Origin: Thermodesulfobacteriota bacterium
GTDB lineage: Bacteria; Desulfobacterota_D; UBA1144; Nemesobacterales; Nemesobacteraceae
Assembly (NCBI GenBank): GCA_965197885.1
Contig: OZ240231.1
Coordinates: 64,644-128,643, forward strand
Length of the DNA: 64,000 nucleotides
Direction of reading: 5' to 3'
Position numbers and translations under genes: made by a program. The notes below the pieces were generated by a model. It ran no database searches and had not been told where the DNA came from. It was given only the letters and a program-made list of their open reading frames with translations. This document shows, in pieces, positions 30,523 through 40,467 of this stretch (position 1 is its first letter; every line of letters begins with the position of its first letter).

Positions 30523-31919
30523 AAGAGACTGCTGAACTCTTCTCGGGAATTGGGACCCATATCGACCCGGCGGTTATTATCCCGGTTGCAATAGCCGTCG
30601 CCGTCTTTGTGGCGGTTTATTTCTTCTTCAGAAAAAAAGAACTTCCGCCGGAAACCGCCGTGGAGGCGGAGCAGGAACAGCCCGAAACTGTTTCCGCCGA
30701 ACCCGAAAGAATTGAGCGGCCAGAGGAACCTAGCGCCCCGGATGTTTCACCGGCTGAGATTGCCGAGCCCGCATCCGAACCGCAGTTTGTCGCCCCCAAG
30801 CCCGCAGCGGCGGAAGAAAAAGAGATTGTCACACCGCCGCCCTCTGCCCCCGTACCCGCGGTTGAGCCGACTGAAATTCCCAAAGAACCGGTTCCTGCTG
30901 AAGAAACGGAAGTGGAGACCGAAGAAGATACAGTCACGCCAGAACCGCAGCAGGAGGTCGTTGCGGAACAAAAAGAAGAGGATACGGAAAAAGATTTCTT
31001 CTCAAGACTGAGTCTCGGACTTTCTAAGACTCGCAGGGGAATCTTGCAGAATCTTGAGCATGTTTTTTCATCCGGTCGGATTGATGACGGCACCTGGGAT
31101 GAATTCGAAGAGATACTGATAATGTCAGATATGGGTGTCTCTACCACCGCGAAACTGAGAGAGAAAGTCTCATCCGCTGTCGCGGCGGGAGAAAGCGGAG
31201 ACATAGAGAAAATAAAAACCCTTCTGGAAAAGGAGATTCTCGATATCCTGAGGGGAGTCGAGAGTTCGGTATCAGAACTTTCCGCCAAGCCGACGGTTTT
31301 CATGGTTGCTGGAGTTAACGGCGTCGGAAAGACCACTTCCATAGGGAAAATCGCCAACAGATTCGCACAGGACGGAAAAAAAGTAATGGTTGCCGCTGCC
31401 GACACATTCAGGGCGGCCGCGGTTGAACAGCTCGGTGTCTGGGCCGAGAGAGTGGGAAGCGATTTTCTTCGCGGCCAGACCGGAGCCGACCCTTCCGCCG
31501 TGGCTTACGACGCGGTAAAGGCGTCGGTTTCAAGAGGTGTTGACCTGCTCATAATAGATACTGCTGGACGGGTTCACACGAAAACGGGACTTATGGATGA
31601 ACTCAAGAAACTGAGAAGGGTGGTTGCGCGGGAACTTGAGGGGGCTCCGCATGAGACTCTCCTTGTCGTTGACGCGACCACGGGACAGAATGCCGTGGAG
31701 CAGGCGAGGGTTTTCGGCGAGACCATCGGGGTGACGGGTATAGTTCTTACGAAACTCGACGGAACTGCCAAGGGAGGAATAATAGTGGCGATAGCGGAAC
31801 AGCTCGGTCTTCCGGTCAAGTATATCGGCGTCGGAGAAGGTCTCGGGGACCTTCGCGAATTTGACGCCGAGCAGTTCACAAAAGCGCTTTTCACATCGGA
31901 TAAGGAGGCTTTGCACTAG
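30519..31919 (+). CDS. ftsY: SRP receptor with N-terminal TM and acidic Pro-rich region
   Basis: GVNGVGKTT, DTFRAAA, DTAGR, TKLDGTAKGG. Confidence 0.97.
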   Translation: MKETAELFSGIGTHIDPAVIIPVAIAVAVFVAVYFFFRKKELPPETAVEAEQEQPETVSAEPERIERPEEPSAPDVSPAEIAEPASEPQFVAPKPAAAEEKEIVTPPPSAPVPAVEPTEIPKEPVPAEETEVETEEDTVTPEPQQEVVAEQKEEDTEKDFFSRLSLGLSKTRRGILQNLEHVFSSGRIDDGTWDEFEEILIMSDMGVSTTAKLREKVSSAVAAGESGDIEKIKTLLEKEILDILRGVESSVSELSAKPTVFMVAGVNGVGKTTSIGKIANRFAQDGKKVMVAAADTFRAAAVEQLGVWAERVGSDFLRGQTGADPSAVAYDAVKASVSRGVDLLIIDTAGRVHTKTGLMDELKKLRRVVARELEGAPHETLLVVDATTGQNAVEQARVFGETIGVTGIVLTKLDGTAKGGIIVAIAEQLGLPVKYIGVGEGLGDLREFDAEQFTKALFTSDKEALH

Positions 31920-31926
31920 ATTTTTA

Positions 31927-33033
31927 ATGCCCGCTCGAAACGACACGGAGTTTATGAAAAAAGCTCTGAGGCTTGCCCTCAGGGGAGAAGGGTGCACCAG
32001 CCCCAATCCCATGGTCGGCGCCGTCTGCGTAGTTGAGGGACGGATTGTAGGCCGTGGCTACCATAAAAAAGCCGGCTCTGCCCACGCGGAAATAGAAGCG
32101 TTCCTAGACGCTACGAAGAAAGGGATTTCTCTTGAGGGCGCCACGCTTTACGTAACCCTTGAGCCCTGTTGCCATACTGAAAAGCTTACTCCTCCGTGTA
32201 CCGACGTTATAATAGCCTCTGGAATCTCCGATGTTGTCGTGGGAGCCATTGATCCTAATCCCAGGGTAAGCGGAGAGGGGGTGGCAAAGCTTCGCGAAAA
32301 CGGTATAACCGTGAGGACGGGGGTACTTGAGAGGGAATGCGCGGAAACAAACGAGTTTTTCAACAAGCATGTTCTCTCGGGGCTTCCTTTCGTAATATTA
32401 AAATCCGCCTCGACTATTGACGGCAAGATAGCTTCGGTGACCGGTAACTCCAAGTGGATAGGGAGCGTGAGGCAGAGAAAAATGGCTCATCGCCTGAGAA
32501 AAAAAGTAGATGCCGTAATTGTCGGGATAAACACGGTGCGTGTGGACAACCCGGGACTTGACGTTCGCTTGGTCGGGGGAAACGTACGCCAGCCGATCCC
32601 GGTGGTTATGGATTCAAAACTTCGTATTTCGCCCGAAGCGAAGATTTTCAGCACTCATCCCCGCTCCATAATAGCCACTACGCAGGCCGCGGGACAGCTT
32701 AAGGCCAAGAGGCTTCGTAAGCTCGGCGCCGAGATCCTGAGATTAGAATCCGACGCTACGGGCCGTGTATCTGCCGCAGACCTTCTTCGCGAACTCGGGG
32801 CCATGGGAATGTGCGGCGTTTTGGTTGAAGGAGGGAGCAGGGTGGGGGCCTGTTTTCTTCGCGAGGGTCTGGTTGACAAGGTGGTTTTCTTCTACTCGCC
32901 CAGGATTATCGGAGGCGACGGGGTGAGCATGATCGGGGAACTTGGGAAGGAATCGATTGAGGAGGCGATCAATATCAAGAATATTAAGGTCAGAAGGTTC
33001 GGCGATGAAATGATGATAGAGGGTTATATATGA
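31927..33033 (+). CDS. ribD: Riboflavin biosynthesis deaminase/reductase
   Basis: SPNPMVG, HAE, TLEPCCH...PPC, S.DGKIA, LVEGG. Confidence 0.96.
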   Translation: MPARNDTEFMKKALRLALRGEGCTSPNPMVGAVCVVEGRIVGRGYHKKAGSAHAEIEAFLDATKKGISLEGATLYVTLEPCCHTEKLTPPCTDVIIASGISDVVVGAIDPNPRVSGEGVAKLRENGITVRTGVLERECAETNEFFNKHVLSGLPFVILKSASTIDGKIASVTGNSKWIGSVRQRKMAHRLRKKVDAVIVGINTVRVDNPGLDVRLVGGNVRQPIPVVMDSKLRISPEAKIFSTHPRSIIATTQAAGQLKAKRLRKLGAEILRLESDATGRVSAADLLRELGAMGMCGVLVEGGSRVGACFLREGLVDKVVFFYSPRIIGGDGVSMIGELGKESIEEAINIKNIKVRRFGDEMMIEGYI

Positions 33034-33695
33034 AAATAGGTCTTATGGGCGGCTCATTTGATCCCGTGCATTCGGGTCACATGAGGGCCGCTGAGGAGAT
33101 AAGCGAAAAACTGGCGCTTGACGAGGTGGTTTTCATTCCGACTTTTGTTTCTCCTCATAAAAGCTCAGAAACAATGGCCGACTCCTCCCACAGGCTCAAT
33201 ATGCTTAACCTCTCGGTGAAAGACAACCCCCGTTTCAGGGTTTCCGATATGGAGTTTCGCAGGGAGCCTCCGTCCTACACTATCGATACGCTCAAGTCGC
33301 TTAACAAAAGCAGTCCGCAGAATGAGTATTATTTTATAATTGGTTCTGAACTTTTCGCCGAGATAGAAACATGGAAAGACTTCGCGGAGCTTTTTAACTA
33401 CTCAAGTTTCGTTGTTCTTCGTCGCCCCGGTTACGATCTTCCCGATTCCGCCGGTCCGATTCCTCTTGCTCTCGGAAATGACTTTCGATATTCTTATAGC
33501 GACAAGGGTATGGAAGTTTTTGCTCACACAAGCTCAAATGAGCTGTTTTTCGTAGATATTGCCGGTATAAGAGTCTCTTCCACGGAAGTAAGGGAACTCA
33601 CTTGCCGGGGCAATTCCCTCAGATATCTGGTCGCTCCCCAAGTGGAGGAATACATAGCGGAAAACGGCCTTTACCAGCTGGAGGAAAAACCATAG
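33030..33695 (+). CDS. nadD: Nicotinate-nucleotide adenylyltransferase
   Basis: GGSFDPVHSGH, SYTIDTL, SSTEVR, YI..NGLY. Confidence 0.95.
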   Translation: MKIGLMGGSFDPVHSGHMRAAEEISEKLALDEVVFIPTFVSPHKSSETMADSSHRLNMLNLSVKDNPRFRVSDMEFRREPPSYTIDTLKSLNKSSPQNEYYFIIGSELFAEIETWKDFAELFNYSSFVVLRRPGYDLPDSAGPIPLALGNDFRYSYSDKGMEVFAHTSSNELFFVDIAGIRVSSTEVRELTCRGNSLRYLVAPQVEEYIAENGLYQLEEKP

Positions 33696-34063
33696 AGTCC
33701 AGGGAAAAAGCCTTGCTTGTCGCCCGTGCCGCCTGGGAGAAAAAAGCGGAAAGTCCCGTAGTTTTGGAGATTAGAGAAAAAAGCGACGTGGCGGATTATT
33801 TCGTCGTCTGCAGCGCGAACTCCGACAGGGGAGTGCGGACCATAGTAGAAAGCGTTGAGCGGGAACTTAAGAAACACGGGGTAAAGATATTCGGAACCGA
33901 AGGCGTCTCAGAGGGCAGATGGGTGCTGCTTGACCTCGTAGACGTAGTTCTCCACGTGTTTTACCGTCCTGTACGGGAATTCTACGATATTGAAGGACTC
34001 TGGATCGATACCCCGAGGATGGACCTGCCATTCCTTAAGGAAGGCAGGTCCGAGGTTGTCTGA
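33692..34063 (+). CDS. rsfS: Ribosome silencing factor (probable ATA start)
   Basis: EKKA, ADYFVVCS, WVLLD..DVVLHVF, R.FYDIEGLW; GGAGG 7 nt upstream of ATA, which overlaps the nadD TAG. Confidence 0.93.
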   Translation: MESREKALLVARAAWEKKAESPVVLEIREKSDVADYFVVCSANSDRGVRTIVESVERELKKHGVKIFGTEGVSEGRWVLLDLVDVVLHVFYRPVREFYDIEGLWIDTPRMDLPFLKEGRSEVV

Positions 34064-34080
34064 CACCGCATCGAACATTC

Positions 34081-35160
34081 TCAACGGGCGGCGATTCTTT
34101 CTCTTCTTCTGACGAAAGTCGGTATATCGAGGTCTTCCTCCATATCGGGGCTGTACGGCTGTTCCGAAATTATATCGGCGGCCTTTTTATCGATATAATT
34201 TTCTATCCCGGTCGCAACCACAGTGATTCTTACGAAATCCTTGGCCTTTTCATCGAAGACCAGACCGAAAATCAGGTCGATATCGCCGTTTGCTCTTTCC
34301 CTTACGTGGTTGCACGCTTCGTTAAGCTCTTCTATTCCGAAGTCCTCAGAAGCCGTTACGTTCATCAGTATTCCCTTGGCTCCTGCTATGGACACTTCCT
34401 CGAGAAGAGGGCTTGTTATGGCCATCTGCGCCGCCTGAGTCGCCCGGTTCGGACCTTGTGCGAATCCGGAACTCATAAGGGACTTGCCTCCGTGGTTTGC
34501 CATTATGCTTTTCACGTCGGCAAAATCGACGTTGATGTAACCGGTTCCCGTAACAATGTCGGAAATCCCCTTTACCGCTTGGTAAAGAACTTCATCGGCC
34601 TGGCGAAAAGCGTCAAGGATGCTGACTTTGTGTATGGCCGCAAGCTTATCGTTGGGAATTACGATCAGCGTGTCAACATACTTGTCAAGCTCCTCGATTC
34701 CGTAATCGGCGTTTTCATTTCGTGCAACCCCTTCGAATTCAAAGGGTTTTGTGACTATCGCCACGGTGAGAATGTCCTTCTCCTTGCATGTTTGGGCGAT
34801 TACGGGAGAAGCGCCAGTGCCGGTTCCGCCTCCCATCCCCGCGGTTATGAAAACCATGTCGGCTTCTCCGAGAACCTCGCTTATCTGGTCGCGGTCCTCC
34901 ATAGCGGCCTCCTTTGCGAGCTGGGGGCTTCCCCCGGAACCTAGACCTCTAGATATACCCGCTCCTATCTGGAGTTTCGTCGATGCCAGCGATTTGCTGA
35001 GATCCTGGAAATCCGTGTTTACGGCGACGAACTCCACTTCTTTAAGTCCCTTGCTTATCATGGTGTTAACGGCGTTTCCGCCCGCTCCACCAGTTCCTAC
35101 AACCTTGATTTTGGCTCTGTTGAAGCCATCCTCAACATTCTCAATCCTAAAACTTGCCAT
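34081..35160 (-). CDS. ftsZ: Cell division protein FtsZ
   Basis: GGAGGNAVN, GMGGGTGTG, INVDFADV, DIPTFVR. Confidence 0.98.
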   Translation of the reverse strand: MASFRIENVEDGFNRAKIKVVGTGGAGGNAVNTMISKGLKEVEFVAVNTDFQDLSKSLASTKLQIGAGISRGLGSGGSPQLAKEAAMEDRDQISEVLGEADMVFITAGMGGGTGTGASPVIAQTCKEKDILTVAIVTKPFEFEGVARNENADYGIEELDKYVDTLIVIPNDKLAAIHKVSILDAFRQADEVLYQAVKGISDIVTGTGYINVDFADVKSIMANHGGKSLMSSGFAQGPNRATQAAQMAITSPLLEEVSIAGAKGILMNVTASEDFGIEELNEACNHVRERANGDIDLIFGLVFDEKAKDFVRITVVATGIENYIDKKAADIISEQPYSPDMEEDLDIPTFVRRRERIAAR

Positions 35161-35188
35161 GTGTTTACCCTCCAGTTGGATTTCTCCT

Positions 35189-36427
35189 TTAAAAAAATTC
35201 GTTAAACCAGCCTTTCATTCTTGTAAAAACGTTTTTCTGTCTAAGGACCCCTGCCGTAATGCTCGATTCTTCATTCAAGCTCGCGTATTTAACCAGGCCC
35301 ACTCCGGTTGAGTAAACTGGGTCTGTGATAATGTCCGTGAGACCGGCTACATCGCGAGGTATCCCGATGCGAACCGGCATGTCCAGTACCCGCTCGACAA
35401 GGATCGTCATCTCGCGGATCTTGCTGCTTCCGCCCGTGAGCACTACTCCTGCCGGCAGCATGCCGGCGAACCCCTGCTTTGAGAACTCTTTTTTTACCAG
35501 CGTGAAGATTTCTTCCATTCTGAGTTGGATTATCGTCGTAAGGTCTCTTTTAAAGATATGCTTGGGCACATGTCCCGAAGCGCTTTTTACCTCTATTCTC
35601 TCGTCACTCGGCATTTCATTTGGTTTTGAAGCGGCCACGCCGTAATTTTCCTTGAGCTTTCTTGCTTCCGGAAGCGGTACCGAGAGTCCAAACGCGATAT
35701 CCCTGTCGAGGTGGTCACCTCCCAAGGTGATGGTTTCTGTATACTTCACGCTTCCGTTCATAAACACGGCTATATCGCAAGTGCCTCCTCCGAAGTCTAT
35801 CATCGCTACCCCGATTTCCTTTTCGTCCTGCGTAAGAACCGCTTCGCTTGAAGCTATCTGCTCAAGTACCATGTCAACGGAAATCACCCCCGACATCTCT
35901 ATGCATTTTATGATATTCCGGGCCGCAGTCACGTCCCCAGTAACTATGTGGACGTCTGCCTCGAGCTTTAAGCCATGGATTCCGACCGGGTCTTTTATGC
36001 CGCTTTCCCTGTCAACCGTGTAGTCCTGCGCGATAGCGTGAATAATTTCCCTTTCCGCCGGAATCATAAGGGCGTTTGCCGATTCTATGACTCTCTCGAT
36101 ATCCTTGGGAGTCACCTCTTTTTCCCGCAGGGTAACCATTCCGTGCCCGTTCATTCCCTTTATATGTCCGCCGGCTATTCCTACTAGGACCTCCTTTATC
36201 ACGTGTCCGGACATGCGTTCGGCTTTCTCGACCGCGTTCTGTATGGAGTCCACGGTTTTTTCTATGTTGACCACTACCCCTCTTTTTAGTCCGTGAGAGG
36301 GATGGTTGCCGATGCCGATTATCTCAATCTTGCCGTTTAGGTCAACCTCTCCGACCACTACGGAGACTTTCGTCGTCCCTATGTCGAGACCAACTACCGG
36401 GAGTGAATTGTTTTTTCTCTGCGCCAT
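35189..36427 (-). CDS. ftsA: Cell division protein FtsA
   Basis: GLDIGTTKV, IDFGGGT, VLTGGSS. Confidence 0.97.
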   Translation of the reverse strand: MAQRKNNSLPVVGLDIGTTKVSVVVGEVDLNGKIEIIGIGNHPSHGLKRGVVVNIEKTVDSIQNAVEKAERMSGHVIKEVLVGIAGGHIKGMNGHGMVTLREKEVTPKDIERVIESANALMIPAEREIIHAIAQDYTVDRESGIKDPVGIHGLKLEADVHIVTGDVTAARNIIKCIEMSGVISVDMVLEQIASSEAVLTQDEKEIGVAMIDFGGGTCDIAVFMNGSVKYTETITLGGDHLDRDIAFGLSVPLPEARKLKENYGVAASKPNEMPSDERIEVKSASGHVPKHIFKRDLTTIIQLRMEEIFTLVKKEFSKQGFAGMLPAGVVLTGGSSKIREMTILVERVLDMPVRIGIPRDVAGLTDIITDPVYSTGVGLVKYASLNEESSITAGVLRQKNVFTRMKGWFNEFF

Positions 36428-36436
36428 TTCGTGATT

Positions 36437-37138
36437 TTAGAAGTCATAGACTATTACGCCTACTTCGCCCGAACTTATGTTTATGTCTTTTTCCATCAGG
36501 TTTTTCTTGCGGGAGTGAGCTATTATCCTCTCAACCTTGTGCCACTTGCTTTTCATATTGTTTTTTCCGAAGGTTACGAATCTGCGGTCAAGGGTTAAAA
36601 GCTTGATCCCGAAGTCCTCTTCCACAACTATCTCGGAAATTTCCGACCAGCCCAGAGCCGAACTGGCCTTGGAGAGGTTGAGAATCTCGATTGCCTGGAG
36701 CATGAGGCCCGGACTGATTTCTCCCTTGCTTGAGATTACCGGAAAATCAAGACCTTGCGCCGGCTCCGCGACACCAAGCTTTTTTCCTTTCCTATCTATG
36801 TAGTAGGGTTCTGCCCCCTCCTGAGATAGTACGCAGAAGGGTTCGTTTTCGTAGATCTCAATTTTTATTTTCCCATGGAGAAGTTTTTTCACCCTTATTT
36901 CTCTTACCCATGGATTCTCAAGGATTTTCTCCTTCGCTTTGGAAGTCGAAAACAGCATGGATGTTGACCCGGCTCTTATGCCGGAGCGTTTTATGATTTC
37001 CGAGGAGCCTATCTTGCTGTTTCCGGTGATTACGACCTCTTTTACGGTGAAATGCTTTGACGGCTGAATTGCGAAAAGAGCAATCCCGCAGACCGAGAGG
37101 AGAAAAACAGATGATATTCCCTTTGTCAGCGCGCTCAT
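36437..37138 (-). CDS. ftsQ: Cell division protein FtsQ
   Basis: TM, POTRA domain (V.I.GN, PWV..I.V.K); synteny. Confidence 0.85.
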   Translation of the reverse strand: MSALTKGISSVFLLSVCGIALFAIQPSKHFTVKEVVITGNSKIGSSEIIKRSGIRAGSTSMLFSTSKAKEKILENPWVREIRVKKLLHGKIKIEIYENEPFCVLSQEGAEPYYIDRKGKKLGVAEPAQGLDFPVISSKGEISPGLMLQAIEILNLSKASSALGWSEISEIVVEEDFGIKLLTLDRRFVTFGKNNMKSKWHKVERIIAHSRKKNLMEKDINISSGEVGVIVYDF

Positions 37139-38031
37139 GCGGTTCCCGCCTCCCTGCCCATTATCTCGACTTCAGGTTCAAGTGTTATGTTCCGTTCTCT
37201 CAAAGCGGTTTCTCTTGCCTTTTCAATGAGCGTGATGATATCATCGGCCTTGGCCCTGTTGAAATTCACGATAAAATTCGCGTGGATTTCCGAGAACTTG
37301 GCCCCGCCGATGCAAAGTCCCTTGAATCCAAGTCCCTCGAGCAGTTCTCCCGCGCTCACCGTGGGCGGATTTTTGAAAACCGAGCCCGTGTTAGCCATTT
37401 TCACGGGCTGGGTCCTGTTTCTGTACGCAAGGTACTGCCTCACGTTTTCTTCGCTCTTTTCCCTGTCTCCTCTGCGCAGTTCAAATACCGCTTTTGTGAC
37501 TATGGCGCCTGTGGGAAGGTTACTTTTCCTGTACTCGAAGTTTATCTCTTCTCTTGGCAGTTCCTTTTCCTCTCCTTCGTGCCATATGTAAACTTTTTTC
37601 ACCGCGTCCTTTATCTCTCCCCCGTTCGCGCCGGCGTTCATGTATATGCTTCCCCCCACCGTTCCCGGTATGCCCGCGGCGAACTCGAACCCGGTAAGTC
37701 CGAGGCGGATCGATCTGTTCATTATCGATGAGAGCATCGCGCCGCATTCGGCTTCAACGCGCGTGCCGTCCATGCGCACTTCCTTGAGTTTCCTCGTGCT
37801 TATAACCACGCCGTCGATTCCCCGCTCGGTTATTATGGTGTTGGAGCCGGCTCCGAGCACGGTGACTTTCTCTCCTGCCTCGTGTGAGTGCCTGAGCAGT
37901 TCAAGGAAACTTTTCATGTTCCACGGATACACGAGGCGCTTTGCCTCTCCCCCGACTTTTATGTACAGGTATTTTCTCATCGGGTAGTTGTCCAGTATGT
38001 CAAGATCCTTGTCTTGAGTTACGTTGCTCAT
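37135..38031 (-). CDS. murB: UDP-N-acetylenolpyruvoylglucosamine reductase
   Basis: GAGSN, GIPGTVGG...MNAG, GSVFKNP, HANFIVN, LEPEV. Confidence 0.96.
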   Translation of the reverse strand: MSNVTQDKDLDILDNYPMRKYLYIKVGGEAKRLVYPWNMKSFLELLRHSHEAGEKVTVLGAGSNTIITERGIDGVVISTRKLKEVRMDGTRVEAECGAMLSSIMNRSIRLGLTGFEFAAGIPGTVGGSIYMNAGANGGEIKDAVKKVYIWHEGEEKELPREEINFEYRKSNLPTGAIVTKAVFELRRGDREKSEENVRQYLAYRNRTQPVKMANTGSVFKNPPTVSAGELLEGLGFKGLCIGGAKFSEIHANFIVNFNRAKADDIITLIEKARETALRERNITLEPEVEIMGREAGTA

Positions 38032-39395
38032 CCGATCAGCTCCGCGATCTTATCCCCGTATTTCCAGACATTTCCGGCGCCCGAGGTAAGCAGGACGTCT
38101 CCTTTTTTAAGCTCGCTTGCCATGCGGTCCGCAAAAGCGTCGGGGTCATCCACGTAACACGCGTTCGCGTTGCCCGCCTTTTTTATGTCTTCGACCAGCT
38201 TTTCTGAAGTTATTCCCTTTACCGGTTTTTCCCCGGCGGGATATATATCAAGAACGTATAGGTGTTTTATTTTTCCTAAAACCCTGACGAAATCGTCGTA
38301 AAGAAGCTTAGTCCTAGAAAATCTATGTGGCTGGAAGAGAAGAATCGGTTCTCGGGAAAACGCCGTTTTAAGAGCCTCTATGGTAACTTCCAGCTCGCTC
38401 GGGTGATGCCCGTAATCGTCTATTATTTTGACACCTTTTTTCTCACTTTTCAACTGCAATCTTCTCTCTGTTCCCCTAAAGCCGGCAAGGCCCTCTTTTA
38501 TCTTCTCGAAGCTGAAACCGAATTCCATTCCCACGGCTATCGCGGCTAGAGAATTAAGGGCGTTATGGGCGCCTAGGGTGCTGAGTTCCACCTCTCCAAG
38601 CAGATAACCTCCGTAGGTAACTTCAAACAATGTCCGCAGTTGCGAAAAGCGCACGTTCTCCGCCATGAGGTCAGCCGGGGCGCTGATTCCGTAAGTCAGT
38701 ATTTTTTTGTTGAATTTTCTGCTTATCTCGGCGGTTCTCGGACAGTCGGCGCATGTTATGGCGAGTCCGTAGAAGGGGATTTTGTGCAGGAAGTTCGAGA
38801 AGGCAAGCTCGAGTGTTTCCATGTTGCCGTAGTAATCAAGGTGCTCATTGTCGATATTTGTGAGCACGGTGACGACCGGGGAGAGTTTTTCGAATGATCC
38901 GTCACTCTCGTCGGCTTCCACTACCATGAACCGGCCGGTTCCGAGGTGAGCGTTTGAGTCTATGGTCCGCAGTTTTCCTCCGACTACTATGGTCGGGTCC
39001 GCACCGCAGTGGGAGAGCACCGATGCTATCATGGAGGACGTCGTGGTTTTTCCGTGGCTTCCGGCAACTGCGATGCCGAATTTGAGCCTCATCAGTTCCG
39101 CCAGCATCTCCGCTCTGGGTATGAGGGGAACTCTCGCTGCCGTCGCGGCGATCATTTCCGGGTTGTTCTCTCGAATTGCCGATGAGTATACGACTACCTC
39201 GCTTCCCTTTATGTTCTCGGAATTGTGGCCCGTGTGAACAACGGCTCCGAGGGAAGCAAGACGTCGGGTTATCTGGGTTTCCACGAGGTCGGAACCGCTT
39301 ACCTCAAGACCCATGTTGATCAGCACTTCGGCTATGCCGCTCATTCCTATGCCGCCTATGCCGATGAAATGGACTCTCTTTATCTTCCCGTACAT
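38028..39395 (-). CDS. murC: UDP-N-acetylmuramate--L-alanine ligase
   Basis: GIGGIGMSG, GSHGKTTT, EADESD, DDYGHHP. Confidence 0.97.
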   Translation of the reverse strand: MYGKIKRVHFIGIGGIGMSGIAEVLINMGLEVSGSDLVETQITRRLASLGAVVHTGHNSENIKGSEVVVYSSAIRENNPEMIAATAARVPLIPRAEMLAELMRLKFGIAVAGSHGKTTTSSMIASVLSHCGADPTIVVGGKLRTIDSNAHLGTGRFMVVEADESDGSFEKLSPVVTVLTNIDNEHLDYYGNMETLELAFSNFLHKIPFYGLAITCADCPRTAEISRKFNKKILTYGISAPADLMAENVRFSQLRTLFEVTYGGYLLGEVELSTLGAHNALNSLAAIAVGMEFGFSFEKIKEGLAGFRGTERRLQLKSEKKGVKIIDDYGHHPSELEVTIEALKTAFSREPILLFQPHRFSRTKLLYDDFVRVLGKIKHLYVLDIYPAGEKPVKGITSEKLVEDIKKAGNANACYVDDPDAFADRMASELKKGDVLLTSGAGNVWKYGDKIAELIG

Positions 39396-39399
39396 TGAC

Positions 39400-40467
39400 T
39401 TACCCTATTATCCGCTCGATTTCGTTTACGATTTCCCGGGCGGCATGGGGCCGCGCGAGTTTCTTTGAGTTTGCCGCCATGCGCCCGAGGGTGTTTTCCT
39501 CAAGAGTTTTCTCCATAACCGCGCAAAGACCTTCGACCGAAAGTTCTTTTTCCTCGACTACCACTGCAGCTGCGTTTGACTCGAGTACCTTGGCGTTTTT
39601 TAGCTGATGGTCGTGGGTGGAGGAGGCGAGGGGAATCAGTATTGACGGTATGCCGAACGCCGTTATTTCAGAGAGCGTTCCGGAGCCCGCCCTGCAGATC
39701 GCAAGGTCCGTTCTCTCGTAGATTCGGGATATATCGTCTGTAAATCCGAATACCTCGGCGGAAATGCCGAGTTGCCGGTAAGTTTCCCTTACGCTTTCCA
39801 CCTGGGCTTCTCCGGTCTGATGGGTCACGTTTATCTGCGCGCCGAGTTTTCCCAGGGACAGGGGAACGATCTCGTTCAGTTTGCGGGCTCCTTGGCTTCC
39901 TCCGAGTACGAATATGCTTCGCGGGGCGTTTTGGCGGGGTTTTTTCTCCGCGGCGCCATGGGCAAGGTCACGTCTTATGGGATTTCCGGTAAGCACCGTT
40001 TTTTCCGCCGGGAGATGCTCCTTGCTTTCTTCGAAAGTTATGAATATCTTGCCGACGAATCTCGAGAGTATCCTGTTGGCAAGCCCGGGGATGGAGTTCT
40101 GTTCGCAAATGGCGGTCGGTATGGAACTCATGGATGCGCAAAGCAGAGTTGGTCCGGACGCGTATCCGCCGACTCCGATAACCGCGTCAGGCCTGAAATC
40201 TCTGAGTATCTTAAGGGAACTCAGCATAGCTCCGAGTATCGATATCACCGCCATCACCTTCTGGGAAAAGCTTTTTCCGACAATGCCTCTTGAATTTATG
40301 AATTCAACTCTGTACCCATTTTCCGGGAGAATCCTTTTTTCAATGCCTTGCTCTGTGCCCACGAACAGAACCTCGTTTCCGCTGTCTCTGTCAAGTATTT
40401 CCTCCGCGATTGATATCGCGGGGAAAACATGTCCACCTGTGCCTCCTCCGGCTATTATCACTCTCAT
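39400..40467 (-). CDS. murG: Lipid II N-acetylglucosaminyltransferase
   Basis: GGGTGGH, GGY, EQN, GNPIR, GGSQGA, HQ..NA. Confidence 0.97.
   Translation of the reverse strand: MRVIIAGGGTGGHVFPAISIAEEILDRDSGNEVLFVGTEQGIEKRILPENGYRVEFINSRGIVGKSFSQKVMAVISILGAMLSSLKILRDFRPDAVIGVGGYASGPTLLCASMSSIPTAICEQNSIPGLANRILSRFVGKIFITFEESKEHLPAEKTVLTGNPIRRDLAHGAAEKKPRQNAPRSIFVLGGSQGARKLNEIVPLSLGKLGAQINVTHQTGEAQVESVRETYRQLGISAEVFGFTDDISRIYERTDLAICRAGSGTLSEITAFGIPSILIPLASSTHDHQLKNAKVLESNAAAVVVEEKELSVEGLCAVMEKTLEENTLGRMAANSKKLARPHAAREIVNEIERIIG

Noticed and set aside
30640-30990. Pro/Glu-rich low-complexity stretch in FtsY (similar Lys/Pro stretch in TolA)
   Set aside because: Normal disordered linkers for these families; no DNA tandem repeat
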